A stretch of 64,000 bases of DNA, from positions 125,690 through 189,689 of the forward strand of contig DATLDE010000005.1 of assembly GCA_035526025.1 (NCBI GenBank). The letters run 5' to 3'. A program made the translations under genes and the position numbers. Source of the stretch: Candidatus Limnocylindrales bacterium. GTDB taxonomy: Bacteria; Patescibacteriota; Microgenomatia; Levybacterales; UBA12049. The notes below the pieces were generated by a model that worked only from the letters and a program-made list of their open reading frames with translations, searched no databases and was not told where the DNA came from. Shown here in pieces: positions 1 through 10,685 of this stretch. Positions within the stretch are counted from its first letter, which is position 1, and each line of letters opens with the position of its first letter.

Positions 1-113
1 AGATATATGCAACTATTCTTACTATCCAATCAAGAAAAAAATCCAGGGGATTAGTTATTACATTGTGTCCTTTTTCAAGTCCTCGTTTTAACTTGTGAAC
101 GTGCTTTAGCATG

Positions 114-2279
114 CTAGTTGCTCTTGCTCATGCCAATGAGTGAGTCCTCATGAGGCAAAGATAGTATATCTACCCGCATATGTTCATTTTGTCTGTAAAG
201 AACTATTTCACCTATTTCAAGTTCACCAAGCTGTCTCTTTTCCTCATCAGTCATAGGAAATACATTTTCCATAAGAGGAATTGTCGCGTATGATTGTTTG
301 AGTAGAATTTTAGTTTCTGAATTGGTAATAATTGCTTTGCCCAAATCATTATCTAAAAAGTCTTGGATGTCCTGCGTGATTGAAACTACCCCCATATTCC
401 GCTTCCTGGCCTGCTTAACAAGTTTTCTGTAGAAAACAGCAACATCAGTATCAACCAATAAATTATGCGCCTCATCAATAAAAAGCATTTTTTTTCTTGT
501 TGTAATCTGATTTGAAAGATTCCATATGAGAGATGATAATAAATACATTGCTGGTCCTTTCTCTTCCGTTTCTCCAAGTGAAGAAAGGTTAAAAACAATC
601 AAATCATTGTCGAGTGCTATTTCACGCTCTGAATTAAACACTCCTTGTAAGCTTCCCTTATCAAGTACCGCCAAATCGTCATACATTTTTGTTTTTTTCA
701 ACATTTTCAGAAATTTTTTAAAGTTTGGTTTAACTTTTGGAAATTTGTCATAAATGGAAACAAGCACCTTATCAAGTACCGCTCCATCATAGCGTTGAGG
801 TCTGATAAAGAATTTGAAGAATGTTTTTAAGACACTTATATGGTCAAGAATGTCGTTAGGATCCGAGGATGCAATTGAGAAAGGATTAATTCCATTTTTT
901 CTTGAGAAATCAACCACTTCTCCACCCATTTCTTTTGCAAAGTTTAAGTATTCTCCTTCAGGATCAATGATAATAATTTGGGTATTACGCATATATAGCC
1001 GTGTTGCTAGAAGTTTTGCGGTAACAGACTTACCCATACCGGATTGTCCGAAGATATTTATATTGCTGTTATTAATACTTCTTTCATCAATTGTAAATGG
1101 ATTCACAAATACCAAGCTATTATGATAACGATTTACACCAAGCAGTATGCCTTTTGGGTCATGAATTTGCTTTGCGACAAATGGTGTAAGATATGCAACG
1201 GCAGAAGATTGTAATATCCTGTTTTGCTGTAAACGATCTTCATTAAAAGGGAGTGTTGCCTCAAATGCTTTCTTCTGTCCGTAAATATATTTAGTCAGCG
1301 TTAACTCCAAACCATCTGTAAAATTTTTGAGTTCCTTATGAAGCAGTTTTAGCTCATCTTGATTTTTTGCTTCAAGAGACAAGTAAAAAGAATAAACAAA
1401 CCCTTTTTCATATTCATTGACCAATTCATAAATAAATTGGCTTATTTCCTCAATACTTTTTTCGACCTGTTGATCTTTGAGTTTTCCTTTTTGAACTCTT
1501 TCTGCTTGTTTTAGCTCTAGAACAGATAACCGCTCTTTTGCTTTTTTGATGAGCTCCTGGCTGTTTGAGGGTTCAATAAACATGCTTATTGTAAATGGCA
1601 AGTGGGAAGTTGCGAGTTTAAACAAAATATCATCTGTTAAGAAAGCCGGAACATCTGTTAGATAATATGTTGCAATCAATTTCTCATCTATATTAATATG
1701 AGAACTCTTTGTATTAGTATTTTCAGGTTTGTAATGCTTTGAACCATCAGATGAGATCTTAATTCCATCTTTTTCTTTTCCGATGGTTAAATTCATCTCT
1801 GAGTGTTTAGCTCTATTTATAGCATCTTTGTATTCATTCTTCTCAAACCTGTAGAGCCTGATATTCTTTGCAAATGCTCTTGGTTTTATAGACCAGAGAA
1901 GTTTAGGTTTATTTAATCCGGTAAGTGGATTGTTAATCGATTCATTAACAGCTTGCTCTCTATATTTTTCAAGTAATGCCTCCAAACGCTTAACTTCATT
2001 CTGAAAAATTGCCAGTGCTTTCTTTTCTGCTCCGGCAAGAGATAAGTTTTTCAGATTTTTTAACTCCTCGAGTCCACTATAAATTTCCTGATTATGCTCA
2101 GTTAGTGTTTTGATCTTTTTTAGTTTTCTATTTTCATATCCTACTTCTTCCCGCAACTTTTCAAGTTTTCGGATCTTCTCTTTATTTTTCGTCTTAAGAG
2201 CTGCGTTTATATGAATTGATTCATCAAACTTTATCAAATTCTTTTTTAATTTTACAAACAATGTATCTTTTTTTCTCAT
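114..2279 (-). CDS. virB4: Type IV secretion/conjugation ATPase, VirB4/TrbE/TraE family
   Basis: 721 aa; Walker A 'GQSGMGKS', Walker B 'LFIDEAHNLL', 'VVSITQD' motif typical of VirB4-family ATPases; N-terminal coiled-coil; start overlaps upstream gene by 4 nt. Confidence 0.85.
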   Translation of the reverse strand: MRKKDTLFVKLKKNLIKFDESIHINAALKTKNKEKIRKLEKLREEVGYENRKLKKIKTLTEHNQEIYSGLEELKNLKNLSLAGAEKKALAIFQNEVKRLEALLEKYREQAVNESINNPLTGLNKPKLLWSIKPRAFAKNIRLYRFEKNEYKDAINRAKHSEMNLTIGKEKDGIKISSDGSKHYKPENTNTKSSHINIDEKLIATYYLTDVPAFLTDDILFKLATSHLPFTISMFIEPSNSQELIKKAKERLSVLELKQAERVQKGKLKDQQVEKSIEEISQFIYELVNEYEKGFVYSFYLSLEAKNQDELKLLHKELKNFTDGLELTLTKYIYGQKKAFEATLPFNEDRLQQNRILQSSAVAYLTPFVAKQIHDPKGILLGVNRYHNSLVFVNPFTIDERSINNSNINIFGQSGMGKSVTAKLLATRLYMRNTQIIIIDPEGEYLNFAKEMGGEVVDFSRKNGINPFSIASSDPNDILDHISVLKTFFKFFIRPQRYDGAVLDKVLVSIYDKFPKVKPNFKKFLKMLKKTKMYDDLAVLDKGSLQGVFNSEREIALDNDLIVFNLSSLGETEEKGPAMYLLSSLIWNLSNQITTRKKMLFIDEAHNLLVDTDVAVFYRKLVKQARKRNMGVVSITQDIQDFLDNDLGKAIITNSETKILLKQSYATIPLMENVFPMTDEEKRQLGELEIGEIVLYRQNEHMRVDILSLPHEDSLIGMSKSN

Positions 2280-3094
2280 AAGTTATTCCTAAATTGGTTT
2301 TGAAAATAGGCAACCAGCTGCTTATTATTTAATTGAAGGGTCTGTATCCTTTCAAGTGCCAGTCCGCTACTAAATCTTCTCTCCATATCTTCCAGTTTTT
2401 GGGCAGCTTCTATAAATCCCTTATCACCCTGTCCTAAAAGAGGAGTTGAGAATACTGCGTAATACTTCATGATTTGGAAGTCGTTTGTTTCAATGAGATT
2501 TGATAAGTCTTTAATGTAACTTTCAATCAGCCAGTTTACTTTTTCATTGGCTGTTTCATAAAGCGAGTAAAAATGCTCATGATAATCATCAACTGTTGCT
2601 GTCTCTTTTCTTGAAATCAACTGCACTCTCATTGGAAGTGTATGTAAAACCGTTTTGATATGATTGTAGTACCGTTCGCGCTCATCATTATTTAATAGCG
2701 CGATATCAAATGGTCTAATTTCATAAATTGCGATTAGTTTTTTCTTTCTATAAATATAGTTGCCGGTAATTTTAAAGTCACCTGTAGTCTTCCCCAATTC
2801 GTTAGTTGTAAATTGCTTTTTTGAAAAGCTAAAAGATACTGCACGTGGGACAATCTTATACAAAGGCTGATGATCTATTTTAAGAGTTGCAACCAATGCA
2901 TAAAATAGTTCAAGTAAAAATATAGTTGAGACAATAATCCCGGGCTGGTTGATTTTCAAAACCAATCTATAAAAAAGTAATACAGAAACGGCGATTGTTA
3001 TTCCCAACATCAGAAACACCACAGTGTCTGTAAAAAACATTGTTCTGAAGATGTGTTCTCGTAAATTGTCTTTATATACTCTAACTGTTCTCAT
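2276..3094 (-). CDS. T4SS-associated membrane protein (VirB3-like / VirB4 N-domain-like), translationally coupled to virB4
   Basis: 272 aa; N-terminal TM helices; 4-nt overlaps at both ends (3091..3094 and 2276..2279) place it in one operon with the VirB6-like gene and virB4. Confidence 0.45.
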   Translation of the reverse strand: MRTVRVYKDNLREHIFRTMFFTDTVVFLMLGITIAVSVLLFYRLVLKINQPGIIVSTIFLLELFYALVATLKIDHQPLYKIVPRAVSFSFSKKQFTTNELGKTTGDFKITGNYIYRKKKLIAIYEIRPFDIALLNNDERERYYNHIKTVLHTLPMRVQLISRKETATVDDYHEHFYSLYETANEKVNWLIESYIKDLSNLIETNDFQIMKYYAVFSTPLLGQGDKGFIEAAQKLEDMERRFSSGLALERIQTLQLNNKQLVAYFQNQFRNNL

Positions 3095-4614
3095 AATGTG
3101 TTGTTATCGCTGGATTTATTTTGAACCTTGCTCTCTGGTCGAATAAAAGTTTTAAACTGTGGTCTGAATTCGGTTTTTGCAGCAGGGACATCCTCTTTTG
3201 ATCTTTTACTACGTGTAAAATTTGTGGCATAACTTTTGCGATTTAAGGTATCAAAAGTTGATTCCTTATTTTGTAATTTGTCAGTTTTATATTTCTGAGT
3301 ACTGGAAATAATGGGTTTTGCTGAGTCATTATTCATTTCCTGTTTTCTGCGTTTACTTTTCGCTCGTAGCTCGTCCAGAGTGAATTTTTTTGAATAATAG
3401 GGTGGATTATCATCTAATGTCTTTGCACCTTTCCTAGAGTGGTTTTGTGACTCTTCTGATCCTTTCGTACCATTTGAATAATGATCCTTAGCATCTTTAT
3501 CATTTTGCTTTACTTTTGATTGTGTTAATCCAATTTTTCGCCCAATAAATGAACCTGCATAACTCCTAACTCCTACTGATCGCCCTGTAAATGCGCCTCT
3601 TTTTACTTCATTGGTAGTGCCGGTAATTGCACGATTTCCAATCATGCTTTGCGCATTTGAGCTAACCAGTGACCATCCGTCTCCAAAAATTCTGCCGACA
3701 AAAATATTAACCCCACCTAAGAATATGAGAGAAGCAGAAAACAAAAATAGTGTTCCAATTGATCCACCGTTTGAAGAAAGGATGCTTCCCATGATAGTTG
3801 AAACGATTGCAAATCCAAGCACAAAAGCCGGTTGTTGAATAAGAAAAGTAAACCATGTTTTAAAATATGTATTGGTAATGTTTTCAGTCCGTTCGGATAG
3901 GGCAAAGGGCAAAACAAGAGGAAATATTACACTTAGAAAAAGTAGGGCAATAAAACGTATCATTGCCTGGAATACTACATACAGAAAGCCAATCATGAAA
4001 AACCCTACCGCAATAACCAATACGATAAGTTGCAAAATAGTATTTTGATTAAAGAATGATAAGGGGCTAGCGTTAAATCTTATTAAATTCCGGAAATTAT
4101 CACTGTCTACATAATTTAATACGAACGTTGCTAAGTTGTACGCGTTTTTATCGATAATTTTTTCATTGAGTAGGTTAATAAATTGAATACTATACGTTAG
4201 AATGCCAGGAGTAATAATAAAGAGCACTACTACAAAAACTAATCTTTTTAAAAAGTTTTTTAATTGCAAAGTATTATCATTTGTTATATGAGACAGGGCA
4301 ATATAAGAAATAATGAGCACAAATATAGGTATGGCAATATCAGAAAAGATTGTCCTGTATTGGCCAAGACCAGATAATTCCGTGCCATCTTTTAAATTAA
4401 TAGAGCTGTCAAGAAGGGAGGGCGTATTAAAAATAAGACCACTTGAGATCCAGTCAAAACCTGAAAAGAAATTATTTAAGACACTTGATCCGGCAGCTTG
4501 CTGCTCAGCTGTGATTTCTTGTGGAGGTGTAGGTGAGATTGTTTGAGCGTTGACTTGATTATTTAAAAAAAGAAATAAATAGAGGACTAATAGGAAGCAA
4601 CTTAGTTGTTTCAT
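3091..4614 (-). CDS. Polytopic membrane protein, VirB6/TrbL-like T4SS channel component (candidate)
   Basis: 507 aa; signal peptide 'MKQLSCFLLVLYLFLFLNNQVNAQ', at least 6 TM segments, K/R/S-rich C-terminal tail; position in T4SS operon. Confidence 0.5.
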   Translation of the reverse strand: MKQLSCFLLVLYLFLFLNNQVNAQTISPTPPQEITAEQQAAGSSVLNNFFSGFDWISSGLIFNTPSLLDSSINLKDGTELSGLGQYRTIFSDIAIPIFVLIISYIALSHITNDNTLQLKNFLKRLVFVVVLFIITPGILTYSIQFINLLNEKIIDKNAYNLATFVLNYVDSDNFRNLIRFNASPLSFFNQNTILQLIVLVIAVGFFMIGFLYVVFQAMIRFIALLFLSVIFPLVLPFALSERTENITNTYFKTWFTFLIQQPAFVLGFAIVSTIMGSILSSNGGSIGTLFLFSASLIFLGGVNIFVGRIFGDGWSLVSSNAQSMIGNRAITGTTNEVKRGAFTGRSVGVRSYAGSFIGRKIGLTQSKVKQNDKDAKDHYSNGTKGSEESQNHSRKGAKTLDDNPPYYSKKFTLDELRAKSKRRKQEMNNDSAKPIISSTQKYKTDKLQNKESTFDTLNRKSYATNFTRSKRSKEDVPAAKTEFRPQFKTFIRPESKVQNKSSDNNTL

Positions 4615-4642
4615 TGGATATTATATTTTATAGACGAATCGA

Positions 4643-4900
4643 TCAATTGCCCCCAAGAAAAGTCTTTAGTACATTTGCAATAGTTGTTGATCCAAAAACT
4701 AGTAAACCACCAATTAGGATATTGAATATCCAGTGCTTAAGCCTTGCTTTTCTATCAATATCATCGCCACTTCCAACTAGGGCTATACCAATACCAGCAA
4801 TTGATAAAGCCATAACAGGTAAGGAATAGAATTGGAGTGTGGCAACTAAGCCCCAAAGGAGTAGATCTAAATTCGCAAATTGTATAGGTGTACCTTGCAT
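4643..4900 (-). CDS. Small two-TM protein, VirB2/TrbC pilin-like candidate
   Basis: 85 aa, two hydrophobic segments separated by a short charged loop; directly upstream of VirB6-like gene. Confidence 0.45.
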   Translation of the reverse strand: MQGTPIQFANLDLLLWGLVATLQFYSLPVMALSIAGIGIALVGSGDDIDRKARLKHWIFNILIGGLLVFGSTTIANVLKTFLGGN

Positions 4901-5042
4901 ATACGAAAAAAGCCCATTTATTGCTGTTGCAATAAAGGGCAGTGTCTAAGTTGAGTGAGTATAGTAGTAATTTTTACGAATGTCAATAATTAAAAACAGC
5001 TTATCCGCAATTGTCTAATTAAAATTATGATGGATGAGCGAA

Positions 5043-5678
5043 CTAACGCACGAAGATTTTTTGAATATAGGTGTAAGCTCCATTAACCCAAGTTTTAACT
5101 GATTTGGTAACGTAAGCTTGCTTAAAAGGATAATATTTGTTTATATACTTTGATTTATTTGCCCCGGTTTTGACAGCTAGTGTACTGCTCCATGGACCTG
5201 CCATGCAGCCATTACCCGCTCTTACTTTGAATGTATATCTGGTATTAGGTTTGAGTTTGTAGACATCATATTTGAGAGCGCCTGTTGTTTGGGAAAGCGC
5301 AAATGAAGCGCCATACCCCTCGTCTTTTGTTCCATCACCAAATGAGACATAATAGTTGGTGTAAGGATGTTGGGATGGCGCAAAGTAGAGAATTGCATTG
5401 GTACCGACAGTATTTATTTGAAAAAGATTAGGTGCCGAACCCGGTGCCTGAGCTGAACAACCGGGAGTGCCCGTCGTGCTGCCCTGAGTGCTAGAATTTG
5501 AATTGGAGCTTGATCCTGATGAATTTGAAGGAACGCATTGCCCATTGAAAAGGTATGAACCATATCCGCATGATCCATAAGGTGCCGCAAGAGTAGAATC
5601 TGGAAAACCAAGTGTAAAAAGTACCCCTACTAAAATAAATAATTTCCCCATTGAAAAAAGTCTATTTAAGAGCTGCAT
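5043..5678 (-). CDS. Secreted Ser-rich protein with FN3-like beta domain
   Basis: 211 aa; N-terminal hydrophobic signal; 'SSGSSSNSNSS' low-complexity linker; C-terminal FN3-like region 'YTFKVRAGNGCMAGPWSST'. Confidence 0.4.
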   Translation of the reverse strand: MQLLNRLFSMGKLFILVGVLFTLGFPDSTLAAPYGSCGYGSYLFNGQCVPSNSSGSSSNSNSSTQGSTTGTPGCSAQAPGSAPNLFQINTVGTNAILYFAPSQHPYTNYYVSFGDGTKDEGYGASFALSQTTGALKYDVYKLKPNTRYTFKVRAGNGCMAGPWSSTLAVKTGANKSKYINKYYPFKQAYVTKSVKTWVNGAYTYIQKIFVR

Positions 5679-5738
5679 ATAATTCAGTCTATATATAAAT
5701 TGTTATGAATGTCAATGAAACACAAACAAATTATTTTT

Positions 5739-6620
5739 TTAATTTGGGAAAACATAAAATGGCGTTGTCGGGGTAGGAGTGATGGTATTGCCGTCCTCAT
5801 CTGATGAAGCGGTAGGCTGGGCGCTGGCTCTGACTGCTACATCAAAACTTGCAAATACCTTGGCGGAGGGAAGCGTGGAAAAGGGAAGTGATTGCCCTGG
5901 CTGCATTGGTGTTGCGCCCTCAACCACTTTTGCTTCTTGAACATCAACCACAGAGCGGGTGCTGTCAAAAAAGGTGACAAGAGCCGTCACCCCGTAAGCG
6001 TTGCTTGGTCCTGAGTTAGTGAGCGTTCCCGTCACTTTTCTTTGTGCGCCAATCGTAGCTACCTTTTGCTCTGTTACTTTTATCATACTTTGTACATCCT
6101 GAAGTTTGTTTACTCTGTTCATCACTTCATTTTTGAGTCCAGCTACTTTTTGATCTCCAAGTACTTTATCCCTTTCTAATTGTTGCTGATATGCCAATTC
6201 CTCCACAGGACTTCTCCTTCTTTCTATCGGAAATATCATGCTTGATTCCTTACCGCGGTATGAAGAAAAGAATTTCAAAACGCTTTTGCCGACCGGTACA
6301 TTAACCATTGCCGTAAATTCTCCATTTCCGTTCTGGGCGATTTCTGCTTTGTTGCTAACTCTTAGTTTGGCATCCGAAGGCCACACTTTTCCCCTGACAT
6401 AGACTTGTTGGTCTGTAATAAGGTTTTTCTCAATAGGAGTTGTGATAGTTATGACCGGTGCTTTTACGACTTCACGTTTTCCAAAAAGCAGCAATAGCGT
6501 AGGTATTACAATGAGCGCTATCAATACTGGCTTCATTTGCACAGAAGTCTTTACATGCCAGAAAGCTTTGCGGAATGTTTTAGTGGTTTTTTTGAGTAGT
6601 TTTGTTTTTTGTGATTCCAT
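5739..6620 (-). CDS. Membrane-anchored hypothetical protein (possible T4SS periplasmic component)
   Basis: Start set at 'MESQKT' because an AAGGAGG RBS lies 6 nt upstream; single N-terminal TM; no recognisable motif. Confidence 0.35.
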   Translation of the reverse strand: MESQKTKLLKKTTKTFRKAFWHVKTSVQMKPVLIALIVIPTLLLLFGKREVVKAPVITITTPIEKNLITDQQVYVRGKVWPSDAKLRVSNKAEIAQNGNGEFTAMVNVPVGKSVLKFFSSYRGKESSMIFPIERRRSPVEELAYQQQLERDKVLGDQKVAGLKNEVMNRVNKLQDVQSMIKVTEQKVATIGAQRKVTGTLTNSGPSNAYGVTALVTFFDSTRSVVDVQEAKVVEGATPMQPGQSLPFSTLPSAKVFASFDVAVRASAQPTASSDEDGNTITPTPTTPFYVFPN

Positions 6621-6733
6621 AAAGTCCTCCTTAATACATATAATCACAAACAAGCATTAATTCCAAGTGCCATATTTTAGAAACTATTTAATAATCTTGT
6701 ATTCCGGAATCTAATTAATCTATTTTGTTTTCC

Positions 6734-6762
6734 TTGACTTTGCTTAAATCATTATATGATAA
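6734..6762 (+). promoter_or_regulatory. Sigma70-like promoter of cassette copy A (TTGACT -35, 15-17 nt spacer, TATGAT-like -10)
   Basis: Same -35/-10 arrangement conserved at 9560 and 11105 in the other cassette copies. Confidence 0.45.
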
Positions 6763-6790
6763 TGATATTAACAATGAAATTTATCAGATA

Positions 6791-6802
6791 CTCTCTCTCT
6801 CT
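6791..6802 (+). repeat. (CT)6 dinucleotide tract in 5' leader of cassette copy A
   Basis: ctctctctctct between promoter and RBS; copy B has (CT)4 and copy C has (CT)10. Confidence 0.9.
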
Positions 6803-6851
6803 GAGGAATGCCTCTTCTGTCAATCTCCACTCCGAAAGGAGCACATCCTAA

Positions 6852-9143
6852 ATGCCTAGGCTCCCAATTCCAGGTTCAGATGATGGTACATGGGGTGATA
6901 TCCTCAATGATTTCCTCACTCAGGAACACAATGCAGACGGTACCCAGAAGGCAATTCCACAGTCGAAGGTTACAAATCTTGTTAGTGACCTGGCTGGCAA
7001 GCAGGCGACAATTCCGGCAGGGACATACGTTGACACTACGACGGCGCAGAACGTCGCCGGTAAAAAGACGCTCGCCGACGATTCCATCTTCGCCTCGGGT
7101 CGACCGTGGGTAGACATTGAGGCGAAAGGAGCGGTAGTCGGAGCGGCCGACAATGGTCCAGCAATCAACTCGGCCATCTCTACTATGGCTGCGCTCGGCG
7201 GCGGCGACGTACGAATCTTCAAGTCGTACAACTTCTCAACGCCCATCGTAGGAGCCAGCGGTGTTCGTCTACTGGGCACGACCTTTCCTACCGGTGGAGC
7301 GGGCCTACCTGCCCGGTTGATCTACACGGGCTCCGGGTCAACGACAGCTATCCAGGCCGCAGGCGTCAACGGCTTCCAGTTGGAGAACCTGGCCGTGCTG
7401 TATTCCAGCAACACCTTCACGGGCGTGGTGCTCGACATGAGCCGGGTCGCGGTCGGCTGCGGCGGCAAGAACGTCTACATCGGCGCTGCCGGGCAGGCCA
7501 CGAAAACCGCTTCGGCTTGTCTGCAACTAGACCAGGCAACTACGGCGAAGTTCGAGCGGTGGTCGTTTCAGGATGCCGATCACTGCATTACCGGCAAGGC
7601 GTCCACGACCGTCGCCGCTGGCTCGAACGGGGCTGTCCTCCCGCAGGCGACGATCAATGTCGTGTCTACGGCCCGGTTCTCCTCATCGGGGACGTTTGTC
7701 ATTGGCAACAGCACGATTGCATACACCGGCACAACAGCTACATCGTTTACAGGCTGTACGGGTGGGTCGGGCACCTTGGCGACCGGGAACTTAGTCGTCA
7801 CGTATGCCAACAACATCCAGTTCGATACCTGCCACTTCATCAACGCCAACATCTCCCACGTCCACAACAGCGGCCAGGGCTGGTCCTTCATCAACTCAAC
7901 CGTCGAATACATCGTCGGAGGCGCTGCCGGTTTCTATACACACGACCCAGGCAACCGAGCCCAAGGGTTCTCGGTCCTCGGCGGCTGGTGGGGAGATGTG
8001 ACTAACGGCGGCACCCAAATAGTCTGGTCGGGAGATGGCCTGACAATTGGCGGCGGTCTCTTTCTCGGGATTGGCAACAACGCTACGGCAATACAGATTG
8101 ACGAGAACAGTTGTAACGGCTTCGACGTGTCACCCGGATGCCTAATATACGGTTTGGGCACCTGCAAAGGAATAGATTTCGGGGTCACGTCTGGACATGC
8201 CGATGTCCGCATCGCTCCGGGATGGTTTCAGGTATCAACCAAGATCGCCGGTAATGTCCCGCTCGGAGGAATAGTAGATGTTGGAACGGGACCGCAGCTC
8301 TACGGCGCGAGTTTCCTGATTGGCGGACCGCCGAACCTGATGACGGCGGACCAGGCATCATTCGAAGGCGGCATCGCTGACTGGGTACCGTTTGATGTCA
8401 CCAAGAACACGGTGGCCCGCTCGACTGCGTGGTCCGCCGACGGTGTGGCGTCTCTTTTGAGCACCACTACCGTCGCCGGTCCCCAGGATGTCCGGGTGAA
8501 CACGGCGGTAAAGGGCGTTCCTGTCTTGCCTAACACCACGTACACCGTGGTGGCAACCATGCACTCGGCTAACGCTCGCACCGTAGACCTAATCTTAACG
8601 ACATGTGACGCCTCGGGCAGCCAGGTTGGCAGCGTCCAGGTCGTCGGTAACCCGACGTTCTCAACAACGACGGCGGTTAAGACCGCCACCATCACCACCA
8701 ATGCCATAGCGGCCTATTTGCAGGTACAACCCCGTTGGTACGCTACAACAAGCGCCGATACCGGCAACGCCGTGGACAAGTTAGGTGTGTTCCTGGGGTC
8801 ATCAGTGCCCACATGGGTCCTGCCCGGCTCCAGCACGTCAATCAACGGGGCCGACATTACGACACGCTCCCTCCACGGTCCGGCCACGCTTCCACTGCTG
8901 ATCAACCCGATCGGGTCCGGCACTGGCGGAACGGTGTTTGGGGACGGCGCCGGGAACGTTCAGGCGACCATTCTGAACGGTATCCAGGTGCAGACCGGCT
9001 CTCGTCTCTTTTCCGGTGCGGGAGCGCCGAACGTGCCGGGGTCAGTTGCCGGGGACTTCTACCTGAGAACCGACACGCCGTCGACATCACTCCAACGGAT
9101 CTACGTCGCTACAGCGGCCAACACATGGACTGGCATCCTGTAA
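6852..9143 (+). CDS. Large beta-helix (pectate-lyase/tailspike-like) protein with conserved low-GC N-terminal module and about 65% GC body
   Basis: 763 aa; first 54 aa almost identical to ORF 11229..13307; 'AINSAISTMAALGGGDVRIF...GASGVRLLG' resembles N-terminus of right-handed beta-helix (pectate lyase 3-like) proteins; Gly/Thr/Ala-rich; GC rises sharply after about codon 55 and drops again at the stop codon; numerous antisense ORFs are high-GC artefacts. Confidence 0.7.
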   Translation: MPRLPIPGSDDGTWGDILNDFLTQEHNADGTQKAIPQSKVTNLVSDLAGKQATIPAGTYVDTTTAQNVAGKKTLADDSIFASGRPWVDIEAKGAVVGAADNGPAINSAISTMAALGGGDVRIFKSYNFSTPIVGASGVRLLGTTFPTGGAGLPARLIYTGSGSTTAIQAAGVNGFQLENLAVLYSSNTFTGVVLDMSRVAVGCGGKNVYIGAAGQATKTASACLQLDQATTAKFERWSFQDADHCITGKASTTVAAGSNGAVLPQATINVVSTARFSSSGTFVIGNSTIAYTGTTATSFTGCTGGSGTLATGNLVVTYANNIQFDTCHFINANISHVHNSGQGWSFINSTVEYIVGGAAGFYTHDPGNRAQGFSVLGGWWGDVTNGGTQIVWSGDGLTIGGGLFLGIGNNATAIQIDENSCNGFDVSPGCLIYGLGTCKGIDFGVTSGHADVRIAPGWFQVSTKIAGNVPLGGIVDVGTGPQLYGASFLIGGPPNLMTADQASFEGGIADWVPFDVTKNTVARSTAWSADGVASLLSTTTVAGPQDVRVNTAVKGVPVLPNTTYTVVATMHSANARTVDLILTTCDASGSQVGSVQVVGNPTFSTTTAVKTATITTNAIAAYLQVQPRWYATTSADTGNAVDKLGVFLGSSVPTWVLPGSSTSINGADITTRSLHGPATLPLLINPIGSGTGGTVFGDGAGNVQATILNGIQVQTGSRLFSGAGAPNVPGSVAGDFYLRTDTPSTSLQRIYVATAANTWTGIL

Positions 9144-9559
9144 CTATCGCCCGCCACCTCACCTAGACGGTAAAGTTATTATTTAATAGTAAATTAAACA
9201 AATTTCAGTCTCTAGCTTGACTACCTCATCTAGTTCTGAAAAGGTGATTAAAGTATGAAAGAGCAATATGGTTTCTTGATTGATCTATCTGGTATTCAGT
9301 TTAATGAAGATGCGCCAACGTGGATTCAGGCATTTCCGGTGCATTGCCCGCCACGTTTAGTTCAACGGTTGCAGTTGCCTCCCACGCACATCGTATATTT
9401 ATACGAGCAGCTTGATATATAAATTAAAAGTCTTGCATACAGGCTTTATAGTATGTCTTAATTAACCTATGGCAAAATTACTAGTTTCGGGCTCAGATAA
9501 CTGGACTTTGGGAAAAGTAAATCTTGCTACATCTGTTCGGACGTAAGATGTCTATCCGC

Positions 9560-9723
9560 TTGACTTCCTTTAGATATTTATACAATAATGATATTGACAT
9601 GAATAATTCTCTCTCTTTGAGAATTCCTCTATCTCTACTTCTCATCCCGAAAGGAGCACATCCTAAATGGCAAGACTTCCAGTACTAGGTTCAGACGATG
9701 GCACATGGGGTGATATTTACTAA
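9560..9723 (+). pseudogene. Decayed cassette copy B: promoter, (CT)4, RBS and an 18-codon N-terminal remnant (MARLPVLGSDDGTWGDIY*)
   Basis: Sequence parallels copies A and C through TTGACT, 'caataatgatatt', CT tract, 'gaaaggagcacatcctaaATG' and the PGSDDGTWGD codons, then a stop at 9721..9723; runs directly into tatC. Confidence 0.75.
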
Positions 9724-9777
9724 ATTCTTCACATTGCTTAGTTGCTAATTCGTGGGATATACTTAATAAAGAATACT

Positions 9778-10602
9778 ATGACTGCCCAACACACACCGCT
9801 TGAGGAAAAGACATTTGGTGAACATCTCTCAGAACTCCGGACCCGTTTGATGGTATCAGTTTTTTGTGTTGGGTTAGGGGCCACAGTTGCTTACTTTTTC
9901 AATAAAGAAATTCTCGCGTTTCTCGTGCGTCCTCTTGGCGGACCGCTGTATTACACTACGCCTGCCGGCGGATTTGATCTAGTATTTAAAATATCACTTT
10001 TTTCAGGGATATTTATCGCGTCCCCCATCCTTGTGTATCAATTCCTTGCTTTTCTGGAACCGGTCATTCCGCAAAGAACATCCTCATCCTTACGGCAATT
10101 TCTCCTGGCGTCATGGGCGCTACTTATCGCAGGTGCAGCAGTTGCATACTACCTTAGTCTTCCGGCAGCATTGAAACTGCTTAATGAATTTAGTTCAGAT
10201 CAGGTAAAAGCAATCATCTCAACTAAAGATTATTTCTCGTTTGTGATATCTTACCTTGGTGGATTTGCGTTCGTTTTCCAGCTTCCTGTTGTTATGCTGC
10301 TTCTGAATAAAATCACACCGCTTCACCCCAAGAAACTTTCACATTACATCAGACATGTTGTGTTGTTGAGTTTTATAATCGCAGCAATACTTACCCCAAC
10401 ACCTGATCCTGTCAATCAGGCAATTATGGCAGCACCCCTTATCGTTCTCTATCTTTTATCAATTTTCTTCATATGGCTGGTCAACGTATCTAAAAGGCCA
10501 AAAGTAGTTAAACAAAAATTTCTTTTTGTGGATGCAGATCATCCGGTTATTTACAAAGAGAAAATTAAGAGGCACCAAAGATATCTAAAAAGGGGATACT
10601 GA
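9778..10602 (+). CDS. tatC: Twin-arginine translocase subunit TatC
   Basis: 'MTAQHTPLEEKTFGEHLSELRTRLMVSVF...' matches the TatC N-terminal signature (hLxELRxRL), 6 TM segments; ORF-table start 9742 is TTG, ATG at 9778 is more likely. Confidence 0.85.
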   Translation: MTAQHTPLEEKTFGEHLSELRTRLMVSVFCVGLGATVAYFFNKEILAFLVRPLGGPLYYTTPAGGFDLVFKISLFSGIFIASPILVYQFLAFLEPVIPQRTSSSLRQFLLASWALLIAGAAVAYYLSLPAALKLLNEFSSDQVKAIISTKDYFSFVISYLGGFAFVFQLPVVMLLLNKITPLHPKKLSHYIRHVVLLSFIIAAILTPTPDPVNQAIMAAPLIVLYLLSIFFIWLVNVSKRPKVVKQKFLFVDADHPVIYKEKIKRHQRYLKRGY

Positions 10603-10685
10603 CCAATAGTTGGGAGCTGATTAGGCAATAATATTATGCTATTGACAAGTACAGCAAAAGTAATCTACGATGAGTATATAATCAT

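Noticed and set aside
386-1125. Small ORFs 386..598(-), 526..753(+), 814..1125(+) inside the VirB4 gene
   Set aside because: Fully nested in a well-supported 721-aa ATPase ORF; low-complexity translations.
9256-9423. 55-codon ORF (MKEQYGFLIDLSGIQ...) between cassette A and remnant B
   Set aside because: No RBS or motif support. Likely non-coding or a decayed fragment. Below confidence for a feature call.
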